A stretch of 64,000 bases of DNA from an uncultured Ectothiorhodospiraceae bacterium. GTDB taxonomy: Bacteria > Pseudomonadota > Gammaproteobacteria > JAABTG01. A model generated the notes under the pieces. The model was not told where the DNA came from. It did not search any database and saw nothing but the letters and a program-made list of their open reading frames with translations. Of the stretch, positions 50,519 through 59,569 are shown piece by piece; within the stretch, counting starts at the first letter, position 1, and each line of letters begins with the position of its first letter. The DNA lies in contig CALMKJ010000025.1 of the NCBI GenBank assembly GCA_937867305.1, positions 137,774-201,773 on the forward strand, read 5' to 3'. A program made the translations under genes and the position numbers.

Positions 50519-51202
50519 TCATTGGGACGGCCGCCACGAGCCGGCTTCGATGCCCGCCACCAGATTGTTGACCGCCTCACGGATGGCCAGGTCCAGCACC
50601 TTGCCGTTCAGTGTCGAATCGTAGCTCGCGGTGCCCCCGAACCCGATGACCTCACGATTGGAAAGGCTGTACTCGCCAGCCCCCTGCACCGAGAAGACCA
50701 CCTGGGAGGTCTGCACGCTGACGATGTTCAGGCCCACTTTGGCGTAGGCGACCTGGGACTTCCCGCGCCCGAGGATGCCGAACAACTGCTGGTCCCCCAC
50801 CTCCTTGCGCCCGAACTCCGTCACGTCACCGGTCACCACATAGTCGGCCCCCATCAGGCCCAACCCCTTCTTGCGGATGGTCGCTTCCTGCTTCAGTTCC
50901 GGCAGATTGTCCCGATCGAGCACGTTGAACCGCCCGGTCTGCTGGAGGTGGCTGACGAGGATGGTCTTGGCCTGGCTTCCAAGACGGTCCACCCCGTCCG
51001 AGAAGATCCCCCGCATGAAGCTCGAGCGGTTGTCGAACTTGCCCACGGCAATCGGGGTGCGCGAACCGCTGTAGGGTGTGCCGGCGGTATGGACCCTGGG
51101 CACGTCGAGGGTTCGCGACTCTTCGGTGGCACAGCCCGCCACACTGCCCAGAAGCGCCAGCACCAAGACGGCACGGATGCCCTTCACGAACAGACCCTTC
51201 AT
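50519..51202 (-). CDS. CsgG/HfaB-family outer-membrane lipoprotein (curli-secretion-channel-like)
   Basis: Lipobox 'LGSVAGC'. 'IAVGKFDNRSS...GSQAKTILVSHLQQTGRFNVLDRDNL', 'YVVTGDVTEF', 'LDLAIREAVNNLV'. 227 aa. Confidence 0.8.
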   Translation of the reverse strand: MKGLFVKGIRAVLVLALLGSVAGCATEESRTLDVPRVHTAGTPYSGSRTPIAVGKFDNRSSFMRGIFSDGVDRLGSQAKTILVSHLQQTGRFNVLDRDNLPELKQEATIRKKGLGLMGADYVVTGDVTEFGRKEVGDQQLFGILGRGKSQVAYAKVGLNIVSVQTSQVVFSVQGAGEYSLSNREVIGFGGTASYDSTLNGKVLDLAIREAVNNLVAGIEAGSWRPSQ

Positions 51203-51270
51203 GCTAAATTCCCCCGGGCGGATAGGAGAGCCCCGAAATCGCTGTCAGCCTGAGGGTATTGTAGACAAGG

Positions 51271-52134
51271 ATGACACTCTCGCAGGACCTCCGGCGGTCG
51301 TTGCTCGCGCTCTTCTTCTTCGGGGGACTCGCCGGGTGGATGGCGTGGTCGGCCTACGGCAGCGCGGTCGATTACGAGACCCGGGCGACCCTGCTCGCCG
51401 CCCAGGCAGAGCCCAACGCCCAGCTCCGGCGGGCGGTCAAGCGGTGGCTCGGCGAGCTTCCGGTCTTCCCCCTCGAGGGCTACGGGGACGAGCTTCGCGC
51501 CCTCGATGCCCAGCGCAAGGCCGCGGCTGGCGCGCGCCGCGACGCCCACGTCAAGTTCCTGGGGTTCGTCGCCGCCGCGACCGCCGGCGTCCTGCTCGCG
51601 TACGCAGCCCGTCGGCGCCGCAGCACGATCGTCGTCGGTCTCCTCGTCGCGTCGCTCATCGCCCTCGTCGTGGGTCTCCTGGCCCCGGCGATGGCCCTGA
51701 CTGCCGCGCAGGAGGTCCCGGCTGTCGGCAAGGTCGTGCTGTACTTCGAGTCCCGCGGCATCCTCTCCACCATCCTGGCGCTCCTCGGCCCCCACGGCAG
51801 TTACGCCATCGGCATCCCGATCCTTCTGTTCAGCGTGCTCCTGCCGCTGGCCAAGACCGCGGTCATGGGAGTGGCGGCCGTGTCCTCGGGGCGGCTCGGC
51901 AGCGGCGTCCTGTCGCTGGTGCACCGCATCGGCAAGTGGTCCATGGCCGACGTGTGCCTCACTGGCTGGATCCTCGCCTTCCTCGCGAGCGAGCACCAGA
52001 GATTCATGAGCGCCGAGCTCCAGGTGGGGACGCTCTTTTTCGCGTGCTACGCGGTCCTGTCCATTCTGGCCGGGCAATGGCTGGAGCGCCCCCCACGACC
52101 CGCCAGCGTCCCGGCCGAACCCCCCGAACGCTGA
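51271..52134 (+). CDS. PqiA-domain (paraquat-inducible protein A-like) integral membrane protein, single-domain form
   Basis: Multiple TM segments. 'IPILLFSVLLPLAKT...HRIGKWSMADVCLTGWILAF' resembles the PqiA signature. No MCE/PqiB gene is adjacent. Confidence 0.5.
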   Translation: MTLSQDLRRSLLALFFFGGLAGWMAWSAYGSAVDYETRATLLAAQAEPNAQLRRAVKRWLGELPVFPLEGYGDELRALDAQRKAAAGARRDAHVKFLGFVAAATAGVLLAYAARRRRSTIVVGLLVASLIALVVGLLAPAMALTAAQEVPAVGKVVLYFESRGILSTILALLGPHGSYAIGIPILLFSVLLPLAKTAVMGVAAVSSGRLGSGVLSLVHRIGKWSMADVCLTGWILAFLASEHQRFMSAELQVGTLFFACYAVLSILAGQWLERPPRPASVPAEPPER

Positions 52135-52228
52135 ACGGGCCCGCCCTGCGGGGAAGGCTTGCAGGGGGCGTGTATCAGGAGTACGTTCCTACTTGCGTAT
52201 CCTCCGCAACTGGGAGAAGCATCCGCGG

Positions 52229-52699
52229 ATGGTCGATGACCTCGAGGTCAGGAGACGGCTCGAGCGTTTCCAGTCGGTGGCGAGGGAGGCAGGCGTCAAG
52301 CTCACGCACCAGCGCCTCGTGATCTTTCGGGCGGTCGCCGGGAGCGTGGAGCACCCGACGGCGGAGACCGTCTACAACGCCGTGCGCCCGGAGATGCCGA
52401 CGGTGTCGCTGGACACCGTGTACCGCACCCTCTGGCTGCTCACCGACCTCGGACTCCTGACCACCCTCGGGCCCCGACAGGGGAGCGTCCGGTTCGAGGC
52501 CAACCTGGAAAAGCACCACCACTATCTCTGCGTGCGCTGCGGCGCGTTGCGGGACTTCGACAGCGCCGAGCTCGACGCGCTGCCGATCCCGAGCGCCGCG
52601 AGCCGCTTCGGTCGGGTGGTGAGCTCCCACGTGGAGGTGCGGGGCATCTGTGCGGCTTGCATGCAGGCGGGCGGGGAGAGTCGCCGCCCGGAGGCATGA
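52229..52699 (+). CDS. Fur-family transcriptional regulator, PerR-like by context
   Basis: '[11 protein letters not shown]...HPTAETVY...[18 protein letters not shown]', '[10 protein letters not shown]...CAAC' (two CxxC pairs). Lies immediately upstream of the catalase gene. Start ATG 52229 is preferred over TTG 52193. Confidence 0.8.
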   Translation: MVDDLEVRRRLERFQSVAREAGVKLTHQRLVIFRAVAGSVEHPTAETVYNAVRPEMPTVSLDTVYRTLWLLTDLGLLTTLGPRQGSVRFEANLEKHHHYLCVRCGALRDFDSAELDALPIPSAASRFGRVVSSHVEVRGICAACMQAGGESRRPEA

Positions 52700-52760
52700 C
52701 ACGCCACGAGTTGGGACGTCGCAACGTGAAGCGCCGCAAGGCACGAGAGAGGAGAGGCTG

Positions 52761-54218
52761 ATGAGTGAGAAGAAGCTGACCACCACAGGGGGCGCCCCGG
52801 TCGCCGACAACCAGAACGTCATGACCGCGGGGCCGCGGGGTCCGATGCTGCTGCAGGACGTCTGGTACCTGGAGAAGCTGGCGCACTTCGATCGCGAGGT
52901 GATCCCCGAGCGGCGCATGCACGCCAAGGGCTCGGGTGCCTACGGGACGTTCACCGTCACCCACGACATCACGAAGTACACCAAGGCCAAGATCTTCTCC
53001 CAGGTGGGCAAGAAGACGGACCTGTTCGTGCGCTTCTCCACGGTCGCGGGCGAGCGCGGCGCGGCGGACGCCGAGCGCGACATCCGCGGGTTCGCCATCA
53101 AGTTCTACACCGAGGAGGGGAACTGGGACCTCGTGGGCAACAACACCCCGGTGTTCTTCCTCCGTGACCCGCTGAAGTTCCCGGATCTGAACCACGCGGT
53201 GAAGCGCGACCCGCGCACCAACCTGCGTTGCGCCCAGACGAACTGGGACTTCTGGACCCTGCTGCCCGAGGCGCTGCACCAGGTCACCGTCGTCATGAGC
53301 GACCGCGGCATTCCGCGCACCTACCGCCACATGCACGGTTTCGGCAGCCACACCTTCAGCTTCATCAATGCCGAGAACGAGCGGTTCTGGGTCAAGTTCC
53401 ACCTGCGCTGCCAGCAGGGGATCCAGAACCTGACCAACGCCGAGGCCGAGGCGATCGTCGCGAAAGACCGCGAGAGCCACCAGCGCGACCTCTACCAGTC
53501 CATCGAGCGGGGCGAGTTCCCGCGCTGGGAGCTCAAGGTCCAGATCATGCCGGAGAAGGACGCGGCCACGTACCGCTTCCACCCCTTCGATCTGACCAAG
53601 GTCTGGCGGCACTCCGACTACCCCCTGATCGACGTCGGGGTGCTCGAGCTGAACCGAAACCCGGAGAACTACTTCGCCGATGTGGAGCAGTCGGCCTTCA
53701 ATCCGGCCAACATCGTCCCGGGTATCGGGTTCTCGCCGGACAAGATGCTGCAGGGGCGCCTCTTCTCCTACGGCGATGCGCAGCGCTACCGCCTCGGCGT
53801 CAACCACGGGCAGATCCCCGTGAACCGCCCGCGCTGCCCGGTGAACAGCTACCATCGCGACGGCCAGATGCGGGTCGACGGGAACTACGGGAGCACCAAG
53901 GGGTACGAGCCCAACAGCCTGGGGCTCTGGCAGTCGAGCCCGGAGGTGATGGAGCCGCCGCTCGCGCTCGAGGGTGCGGCCTACCACTGGGACTTCCGCA
54001 AGGACGACGACGACTATTTCACCCAGCCGGGGCTGCTCTTCCGCCTCATGACGCCGGCGCAGCAGCAGGTGCTGTTCGCGAACACCGCGGCGGAGATGGC
54101 GATGGTCGACGAGAAGGTCAGGATGCGCCACATCGGCAACTGCCTGAAGGCCGACCCGGCCTATGGCAAGGGCGTGGCGGACGCGCTCGGCATACCCCTC
54201 GGGGACGTGCGGTCCTGA
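52761..54218 (+). CDS. katA: Monofunctional heme catalase (small-subunit type)
   Basis: '[22 protein letters not shown]', '[13 protein letters not shown]', '[15 protein letters not shown]'. 485 aa. GGAGAGG precedes ATG 52761. Confidence 0.95.
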   Translation: MSEKKLTTTGGAPVADNQNVMTAGPRGPMLLQDVWYLEKLAHFDREVIPERRMHAKGSGAYGTFTVTHDITKYTKAKIFSQVGKKTDLFVRFSTVAGERGAADAERDIRGFAIKFYTEEGNWDLVGNNTPVFFLRDPLKFPDLNHAVKRDPRTNLRCAQTNWDFWTLLPEALHQVTVVMSDRGIPRTYRHMHGFGSHTFSFINAENERFWVKFHLRCQQGIQNLTNAEAEAIVAKDRESHQRDLYQSIERGEFPRWELKVQIMPEKDAATYRFHPFDLTKVWRHSDYPLIDVGVLELNRNPENYFADVEQSAFNPANIVPGIGFSPDKMLQGRLFSYGDAQRYRLGVNHGQIPVNRPRCPVNSYHRDGQMRVDGNYGSTKGYEPNSLGLWQSSPEVMEPPLALEGAAYHWDFRKDDDDYFTQPGLLFRLMTPAQQQVLFANTAAEMAMVDEKVRMRHIGNCLKADPAYGKGVADALGIPLGDVRS

Positions 54219-54244
54219 TTCCCGCCTGGTCGGCGCCGGGGCCC

Positions 54245-55078
54245 GTGACGGGCCAGCGTCTCGTGGTCCTGGTCGAGGACCGCGCCGGGCCTCCCTGCGA
54301 GGCCGCTCACGGGTTGAGCCTGTGGCTCGAATCCGGCGGCGCGGTCCTGCTCGTGGACACCGGCCCCGACCCGGGCGTGCTCACTCGCAACGCGGCGCGC
54401 CTCGGGCTCGACCTGGGGCGAGTGGAAGCGGTGCTCCTGAGCCACGGGCACTACGACCACACGGGGGGGCTGCCGGCGGTGGTGGCGGCCCGCGGGGGGC
54501 GCCCCCTGCGGGTCTTCATGCACCCCTCGGCCGTCCGCGAGCGCTTCAGCCTGCGGACCGGCTCCCCACGCTCTATCGGGATGCCGGTGGCGAGCCGCGA
54601 GGCGCTGGCCGCGCCGGGGGTGAGCGTCACGCTGGCTCCGGGGCCCACCACCGTGGGCCCCGGGGTCTGGGTGACCGGCACCATTCCCCGCCGTCACCCG
54701 GGCAACGGGGACGCCTTTCTCGTGCTGGACCCCGACGGTCGGACTCCGGACCGCTTCGAGGACGACCAGGCGGTGGTGGTGGAGGGCACTGGCGGGCTGA
54801 CGGTGATCTGCGGCTGCGCCCACTCGGGGGTCGTGAACATCCTCGACCACGTGGCGCGGCTGCGCCCTGGTGTGCCGCTCGCCCGGCTGGTGGGCGGGCT
54901 GCACCTGGGGGGGAGCCCCGCGGGGGCCGTCGGGAAGGTCGTCGACGAGGTGGCCGACCGGGGGCTGCGCCAGTGCGCGGTGGGGCACTGCACCGGCGAA
55001 CGCGCCGAGGAGGTCTTCTCGGCACGTTTCCCCGGCGCCGTTCGCCTCGTCTGCGGGGCCGAGCTGTCCAGTCCCTGA
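54245..55078 (+). CDS. MBL-fold metallo-hydrolase
   Basis: '[14 protein letters not shown]' (HxHxDH). Start proposed at GTG 54245 ([12 protein letters not shown]...). The upstream part of ORF 53228..55078 lies inside the catalase gene. Confidence 0.65.
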   Translation: MTGQRLVVLVEDRAGPPCEAAHGLSLWLESGGAVLLVDTGPDPGVLTRNAARLGLDLGRVEAVLLSHGHYDHTGGLPAVVAARGGRPLRVFMHPSAVRERFSLRTGSPRSIGMPVASREALAAPGVSVTLAPGPTTVGPGVWVTGTIPRRHPGNGDAFLVLDPDGRTPDRFEDDQAVVVEGTGGLTVICGCAHSGVVNILDHVARLRPGVPLARLVGGLHLGGSPAGAVGKVVDEVADRGLRQCAVGHCTGERAEEVFSARFPGAVRLVCGAELSSP

Positions 55079-55095
55079 CCGCTTCGGTGGCCAGG

Positions 55096-55112
55096 CCGGG
55101 GCTCGGCCCCGG
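55096..55112. terminator. Hairpin between convergent MBL gene and fbaB (possible bidirectional terminator)
   Basis: CCGGGGC-TCG-GCCCCGG, a 7-bp GC stem. U-tracts are weak. Confidence 0.35.
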
Positions 55113-55122
55113 TGTTCAGTGC

Positions 55123-56172
55123 TCAGGCCACGGTCACGTCGGGCGAGAGGTACACGTCCTGGATCGCGTGCAGCAGCTCGACGCCCTGGGCCATGGGCTT
55201 CTGGAACGCCTTGCGGCCCGAGATCAGCCCCATTCCGCCGGCGCGTTTGTTGATGACGGCCGTGCGCACGGCCTGGCCGAGGTCGTTCTGGCCTGACCCG
55301 CCGCCCGAGTTGATCAGGCCGGTGCGGCCCATGAAGGTGCTCGCCACCTGATAGCGCACCAGGTCGATCGGGTGGTCCGTGGTGAGCTCGGAGTAGACCT
55401 TGGCGTGGGTCTTGCCGAATTTCAGCGCGGTGTAGCCGCCGTTGTTCTCGGCCTGCTTCTGCTTGACGATGTCGGCCTCGATGGTGGCGGCCAGGTGGTT
55501 GGCCTGGCCCGTCAGGTCGGCCGACACGTGGTAGTCGGTGCCCGCCTGCTGGAACGCCGGGTTGCGCAGGTAGGCCCAGAGCACCGTGACCATCCCGAGC
55601 TCGTGGGCCTGCTGGAAGGCCTCCGAGATCTCCTGGATCTGCCGGCGGCACTCGGGGGACCCGTAGTAGACGGTGGCGCCGACGGCCACGGCGCCCATGT
55701 CGAAGGCCTGCTCGACCGACGCGAACAGGGTCTGGTCGTGGATCGCCGGGTAGGTGAGCAGCTCGTTGTGGTTGATCTTGAGGATGAACGGGATCTTGTG
55801 CGCGTACTTGCGCGCGACCGCGTTCAACACCCCCACGGTCGAGGCCACGGCGTTGCACCCGCCCTCGATCGCGAGCCGCACGATGTTTTCCGGGTCGAAG
55901 TAGATCGGGGCCGGTGCGAAGGAGGCGCCCGCGGAGTGCTCGATCCCCTGGTCGACCGGCAGGATGGAGAGGTAGCCCGTGCCCGCGAGACGGCCCTGGG
56001 AGAAGAGTCCCTGCAGGCTCCGCATGACCCTGGGGCTGCGGTTCTTCGGGGAGACCACGCGGTCGACGTAGTCCGGTCCGGGCAGGTGCAGGGACTCGCG
56101 CGATATCGTCCGGCAGGTGTGGGAGAGGAGCGACTCGGCCTCGGCGCCGAGCAGTCCAACGATGTCGGTCAT
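55123..56172 (-). CDS. fbaB: Class I fructose-bisphosphate aldolase (FbaB/DhnA type)
   Basis: Collinear with E. coli FbaB as recalled: 'MTDIVGLLG', '[26 protein letters not shown]', '[12 protein letters not shown]', '[19 protein letters not shown]', '[20 protein letters not shown]'. Confidence 0.93.
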   Translation of the reverse strand: MTDIVGLLGAEAESLLSHTCRTISRESLHLPGPDYVDRVVSPKNRSPRVMRSLQGLFSQGRLAGTGYLSILPVDQGIEHSAGASFAPAPIYFDPENIVRLAIEGGCNAVASTVGVLNAVARKYAHKIPFILKINHNELLTYPAIHDQTLFASVEQAFDMGAVAVGATVYYGSPECRRQIQEISEAFQQAHELGMVTVLWAYLRNPAFQQAGTDYHVSADLTGQANHLAATIEADIVKQKQAENNGGYTALKFGKTHAKVYSELTTDHPIDLVRYQVASTFMGRTGLINSGGGSGQNDLGQAVRTAVINKRAGGMGLISGRKAFQKPMAQGVELLHAIQDVYLSPDVTVA

Positions 56173-56368
56173 GGAAAGCCCCCTGTCAGAGTGAAGTGGC
56201 GGCGGGCAACGGCCCTGAAACGCGTCGGCGCCGAGGCCGCGAGAGGCCGTCGGCGCGGCCTAGAGTCTAGCCCCTGGGCGGACCCGCTGCACCCCGGAGC
56301 GCGGGGGACCCGACCGGCGATACCCCGGTCCGGGCGAGCGACTCCCGCCCCGGGCCGAGCGCTCGCAG

Positions 56369-57778
56369 CTACCCTCGCGGCGACCTTCCCAGCCCCAGCA
56401 GGTCGAGCGTTTGCCCGCGCTGCGGGAGGACGGCCCTGACGCCGTGGTCGGTGGCCAGGCGGGCGGCGAGGGCTTCCTGGGCGGCGGGCTCTCCGTGCAC
56501 CAGGGCGACCGGTGGTCGACCCTCGAATCCCGCGTACCACTGGAGCAGGCCGTCCTGGCCGGCGTGGGCCGAGAGTCCCCCGATGGTGTGTACGCGGGCG
56601 GCGACGCGCACCCGCTCGCCCCAGAGGTTGATGTGCTTCGCGCCGTCCACGAGGGCGCGCCCCGTGGTTCCCTCGGCCTGAAATCCCACGATGACGACGT
56701 GGCAGCCGTCGCGCCAGACGTTGTGCTTGAGGTGGTGGCGGATGCGCCCGCCATTGCACATGCCGCTGCCCGCGATGATGATGGCGCCGGTGCGCACGCG
56801 GTTCAGTGCCATGGACTGCAGGGCCGTGTGTACGAGGTGCAGGTTTGGCAAGGCAGTCTCGCGCCGGCGCCAGATGGCGCTCGCCTCCCGGTCGTAGAGG
56901 TCGCTGTGCCGCGCGTAGATCGCCGTGGCCTCGATGGCGAGCGGGCTGTCGAGGAAGATCTGCCAGTTCCCGACGTCCCACTCCTGGTAGTGACGGGCCA
57001 TCAGGTAGAGCAGATCCTGGGTGCGGCCCACCGCGAAGGCGGGAATGAGGACGTTGCCCTGGTCCTCCCGGGCCCCCTTCAGCACGGCGCCCAACTCCGC
57101 GAGTGTCGCCTCGCGGGACTGGTGTGCCCGGTCGCCGTAGGTGCTCTCGAGGAGCACCAGGTCCGCCTGCCGGATGGGCGTGGGGTCGCGGAGGATCGGC
57201 ATCTCCTGCTGGCCCAGGTCGCCGCTGAAGACGACCTTTCGCTCGTCGCCCCTCTCGAGGAGCATCAGCTCGACGATGGCCGAGCCCAGGATGTGGCCGG
57301 CGTCGCGCAGGCAAAGGCGTACTCCGGGCAGGATCTCCCGGGGCTCGTCGTAGCCGAGCGGGCGGATGCGCCGCACCGCCCGCTGGGCGTCCTGCAGGTC
57401 GTAGAGCGGGTCCACCGCGGGCAGGTGCTTGCGCTCGCGCTTGCGGTTCTCCCACTCGGCCTCGCGCTCGTTCAGGTAGGCGGCGTCCTGCAGCATGATG
57501 CGGCAGAGGTCGCGCGAGGCCCGGTGGGTGTAGATGGGGCCGTTGAAGCCGGCCTTGACCAGCAAGGGGAGGCGCCCCGAGTGGTCGATGTGGGCGTGGC
57601 TCAGCACGAGGGCGTCGATGCTGGCCGGGTCGAACGGGAACGGGGCCCGGTTGCGCTCCTCCTCCCTTCGCGAGCCCTGGACGAGCCCGCAGTCGAGCAG
57701 CAGCCGCCGCCCGTTTGCCTCGATCAGGTGACAGGAGCCGGTGACCTCACCCGCGCCGCCGTGGAAGGTGATCTGCAT
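56369..57778 (-). CDS. Beta-CASP family metallo-beta-lactamase ribonuclease
   Basis: 'MQITFHGGAGEVTGSCHLIE', 'LVLSHAHIDHSGRLP', beta-CASP region, C-terminal 'LSAHAGQDGLLQW'. 469 aa. Confidence 0.85.
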   Translation of the reverse strand: MQITFHGGAGEVTGSCHLIEANGRRLLLDCGLVQGSRREEERNRAPFPFDPASIDALVLSHAHIDHSGRLPLLVKAGFNGPIYTHRASRDLCRIMLQDAAYLNEREAEWENRKRERKHLPAVDPLYDLQDAQRAVRRIRPLGYDEPREILPGVRLCLRDAGHILGSAIVELMLLERGDERKVVFSGDLGQQEMPILRDPTPIRQADLVLLESTYGDRAHQSREATLAELGAVLKGAREDQGNVLIPAFAVGRTQDLLYLMARHYQEWDVGNWQIFLDSPLAIEATAIYARHSDLYDREASAIWRRRETALPNLHLVHTALQSMALNRVRTGAIIIAGSGMCNGGRIRHHLKHNVWRDGCHVVIVGFQAEGTTGRALVDGAKHINLWGERVRVAARVHTIGGLSAHAGQDGLLQWYAGFEGRPPVALVHGEPAAQEALAARLATDHGVRAVLPQRGQTLDLLGLGRSPRG

Positions 57779-57818
57779 GGGCGAACGACTCCTCCAGTGC
57801 CCGGTGCGCGAGGCGCCT

Positions 57819-58145
57819 TCACCGGTCCCGCGGGTGTTTCACTTCCTGGTAGCGGGCCATCACGTCCCACACGTCGTGATAGGCGTGCAGGCGCCCGGCG
57901 TCGCGCACGGTGGCCTTGAAGTTGGGGTAGTCGATGGCCCGGACCTGGGCGGCGAGGGCCCTGGCGACCTCTTCGGCGGAGATCTCCGCGCGGTAGCGAT
58001 AGTCGGCCGTGGGCGTCTCGGAGACCTTCACGTCGGGGAACACCCGCTCGATGTCCCCCGCGCTGCGGGCACGGACGAGCAGGGTCCCGGGCTGGGACCG
58101 CTGGGCGACGATGGACAGCATGGCGTTGTTCAGAAAGACCCACAT
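57819..58145 (-). CDS. Hypothetical 108-aa protein, probably co-transcribed with the beta-CASP RNase
   Basis: MWVFLNNAMLSIVAQRSQPGTLLVRARSAGDIERVF... Strong SD GGGAGGAA 8 nt upstream of ATG 58145. 40-nt gap to the RNase gene. The upstream part of ORF 57819..58724 is rejected. Confidence 0.55.
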   Translation of the reverse strand: MWVFLNNAMLSIVAQRSQPGTLLVRARSAGDIERVFPDVKVSETPTADYRYRAEISAEEVARALAAQVRAIDYPNFKATVRDAGRLHAYHDVWDVMARYQEVKHPRDR

Positions 58146-58459
58146 ATGCGGTGTTCCTCCCAAAGGGGGTGATGGAAGATCGAGCATCGCGCCAGGCAAT
58201 GCCGTCGGGCACGGGATGCAGCGCGAGGGTCCCACGAACCTCGATGGTGGAGCATGGACCGGCCCGAGGGGCACGGCAAGGGGATGGCGGGCGTCGCCTC
58301 GCGAGGCCCGGGGCGCGAGGACGGGCTGGGCCGCCCTCTTGCCCGGATGCGTCGCCCGCCCGGGAGCGCCGGGCCGGGTTTCTTGTCTATAGTCGATGAT
58401 GAAGGGGCAGGCGCGCGAGGTCTGTCCCGTGATGGGCTGGTGTCCGGAGGGAGCGAAGG

Positions 58460-59056
58460 GTGAAGCAACCGTGGGTGTACTGGAGCCTGTTGGCCACTCA
58501 GCTTGCCCTGGTGGGCTGCGCGGGGCCGCGTTACCAGACCGTGTTCCACTACGACCCGCCCGCGGACCCGCAGGGCCGTGCCTGTGTGGAGCGCTGTCCC
58601 CGGGTTCTCCAGGCCTGTCAGGACCGCTGCCGGGTCTCCCATCAGGCCTGTCTGGTGGACGCGGAGCCTGCGGCGCAGGCGCACGCCGACCGCCTGGTGG
58701 ACCGTTACGAGGCCGACCTCTCACGCTACCGCTCGGCAGCCTGGGGCTGTGGCCCGACCATCGGCCTGGGGTGGGGCTATTACGGTGGGCACCACCACGG
58801 TCACGACCTCTGGTCGGTGGGCTCGAGCTGGTATCTGCCCTGGGGCGGCCCCTGGTACGACCCCTGGTACGGCTGCTACGCCGGGCCGCCGCCCCGGGCG
58901 CCCGACCGCGCGGAGGAGGTCCGCCGCTACCTGTGGCGCGCGTGTGCCCAGGACTGTGGCTGCCAGCTCGAGTACGACGGCTGCTTCCTCGCCTGCGGGG
59001 GCCGGAAGACGGTGGAGTGGGAATGCGTCGCGAACTGCCCCCGGGCGGGCGATTGA
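58460..59056 (+). CDS. Cys-rich (15 Cys) lipoprotein with a Trp/Gly/Tyr/His-rich core; unknown family
   Basis: Lipobox 'LALVGC'. GGAGGGAG precedes GTG 58460. N-terminal CX3C-X6-CX3C-X6-C, core 'GWGYYGGHHHGHDLW...WGGPWYDPWYGC', C-terminal Cys cluster. Confidence 0.6.
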   Translation: MKQPWVYWSLLATQLALVGCAGPRYQTVFHYDPPADPQGRACVERCPRVLQACQDRCRVSHQACLVDAEPAAQAHADRLVDRYEADLSRYRSAAWGCGPTIGLGWGYYGGHHHGHDLWSVGSSWYLPWGGPWYDPWYGCYAGPPPRAPDRAEEVRRYLWRACAQDCGCQLEYDGCFLACGGRKTVEWECVANCPRAGD

Positions 59057-59073
59057 GCGGTGTCGACCCCGCG

Positions 59074-59487
59074 TCAGCGGTTCCGAAGCAGGTCTTTCAG
59101 GGCGGCGAACGGCTGATGGGTGGCGGCCTTGCCGGGTCCGGCCCCGGTGCCAGGCGCCGCGAGCCCCTGTGCCTCGAGCTGGCGCTGGTGCTCGTTGTCG
59201 TGGCAGTAGAGGCAGAGCAGCTCCCAGTTGCTGCCGTCCGCAGGGTTGTGATCGTGGTCGTGGTTCTTGTGGTGGACGGTGAGCTCGCTCAGGTTCTGGC
59301 GGTCGAAGGTCCGCCCGCACCGGGCACAGACCCAGGGGTAGAGCTTCAGGGCCTGTTCGCGGTAGTCGCGCTCGCGCACCGCCTGGGCCTTGCGCGCCTG
59401 GGCCACCACCTGATCCAGCTTGCTCGTGTCCACCCGTTCCCCCACGGTTGGCGTTGCGGTCCGGCTGCCCGGCCCTCTATGCTGCAC
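59074..59487 (-). CDS. yajD: HNH nuclease YajD
   Basis: 'YREQALKLYPWVCARCGRTF...LTVHHKNHDHDHNPADGSNWELLCLYCHDNEH' is nearly collinear with E. coli YajD. The N-terminal extent (ATG 59487) is uncertain. Confidence 0.85.
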   Translation of the reverse strand: MQHRGPGSRTATPTVGERVDTSKLDQVVAQARKAQAVRERDYREQALKLYPWVCARCGRTFDRQNLSELTVHHKNHDHDHNPADGSNWELLCLYCHDNEHQRQLEAQGLAAPGTGAGPGKAATHQPFAALKDLLRNR

Positions 59488-59569
59488 CTATGATAACCCG
59501 CCTCGGCCGAACCGGCCGCGCCCGCGGCCCTCTGGGCCTGCACCCGCGTCTTCCAACGAGAACCCATCC

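Noticed and set aside
48744-52200. Searched for a direct repeat of the tRNA-Thr 3' end (…TCCACCGGCACCA) and for integrase or transposase genes that would define a genomic island
   Set aside because: I could recognise neither a repeat copy nor a recombinase gene. Only the compositional argument remains, and it is reported separately at low interest.
53228-54244. N-terminal extension of ORF 53228..55078 overlapping the catalase gene
   Set aside because: It lies out of frame within katA and is low-complexity. The MBL-fold similarity starts only after the katA stop, so the start was moved to GTG 54245.
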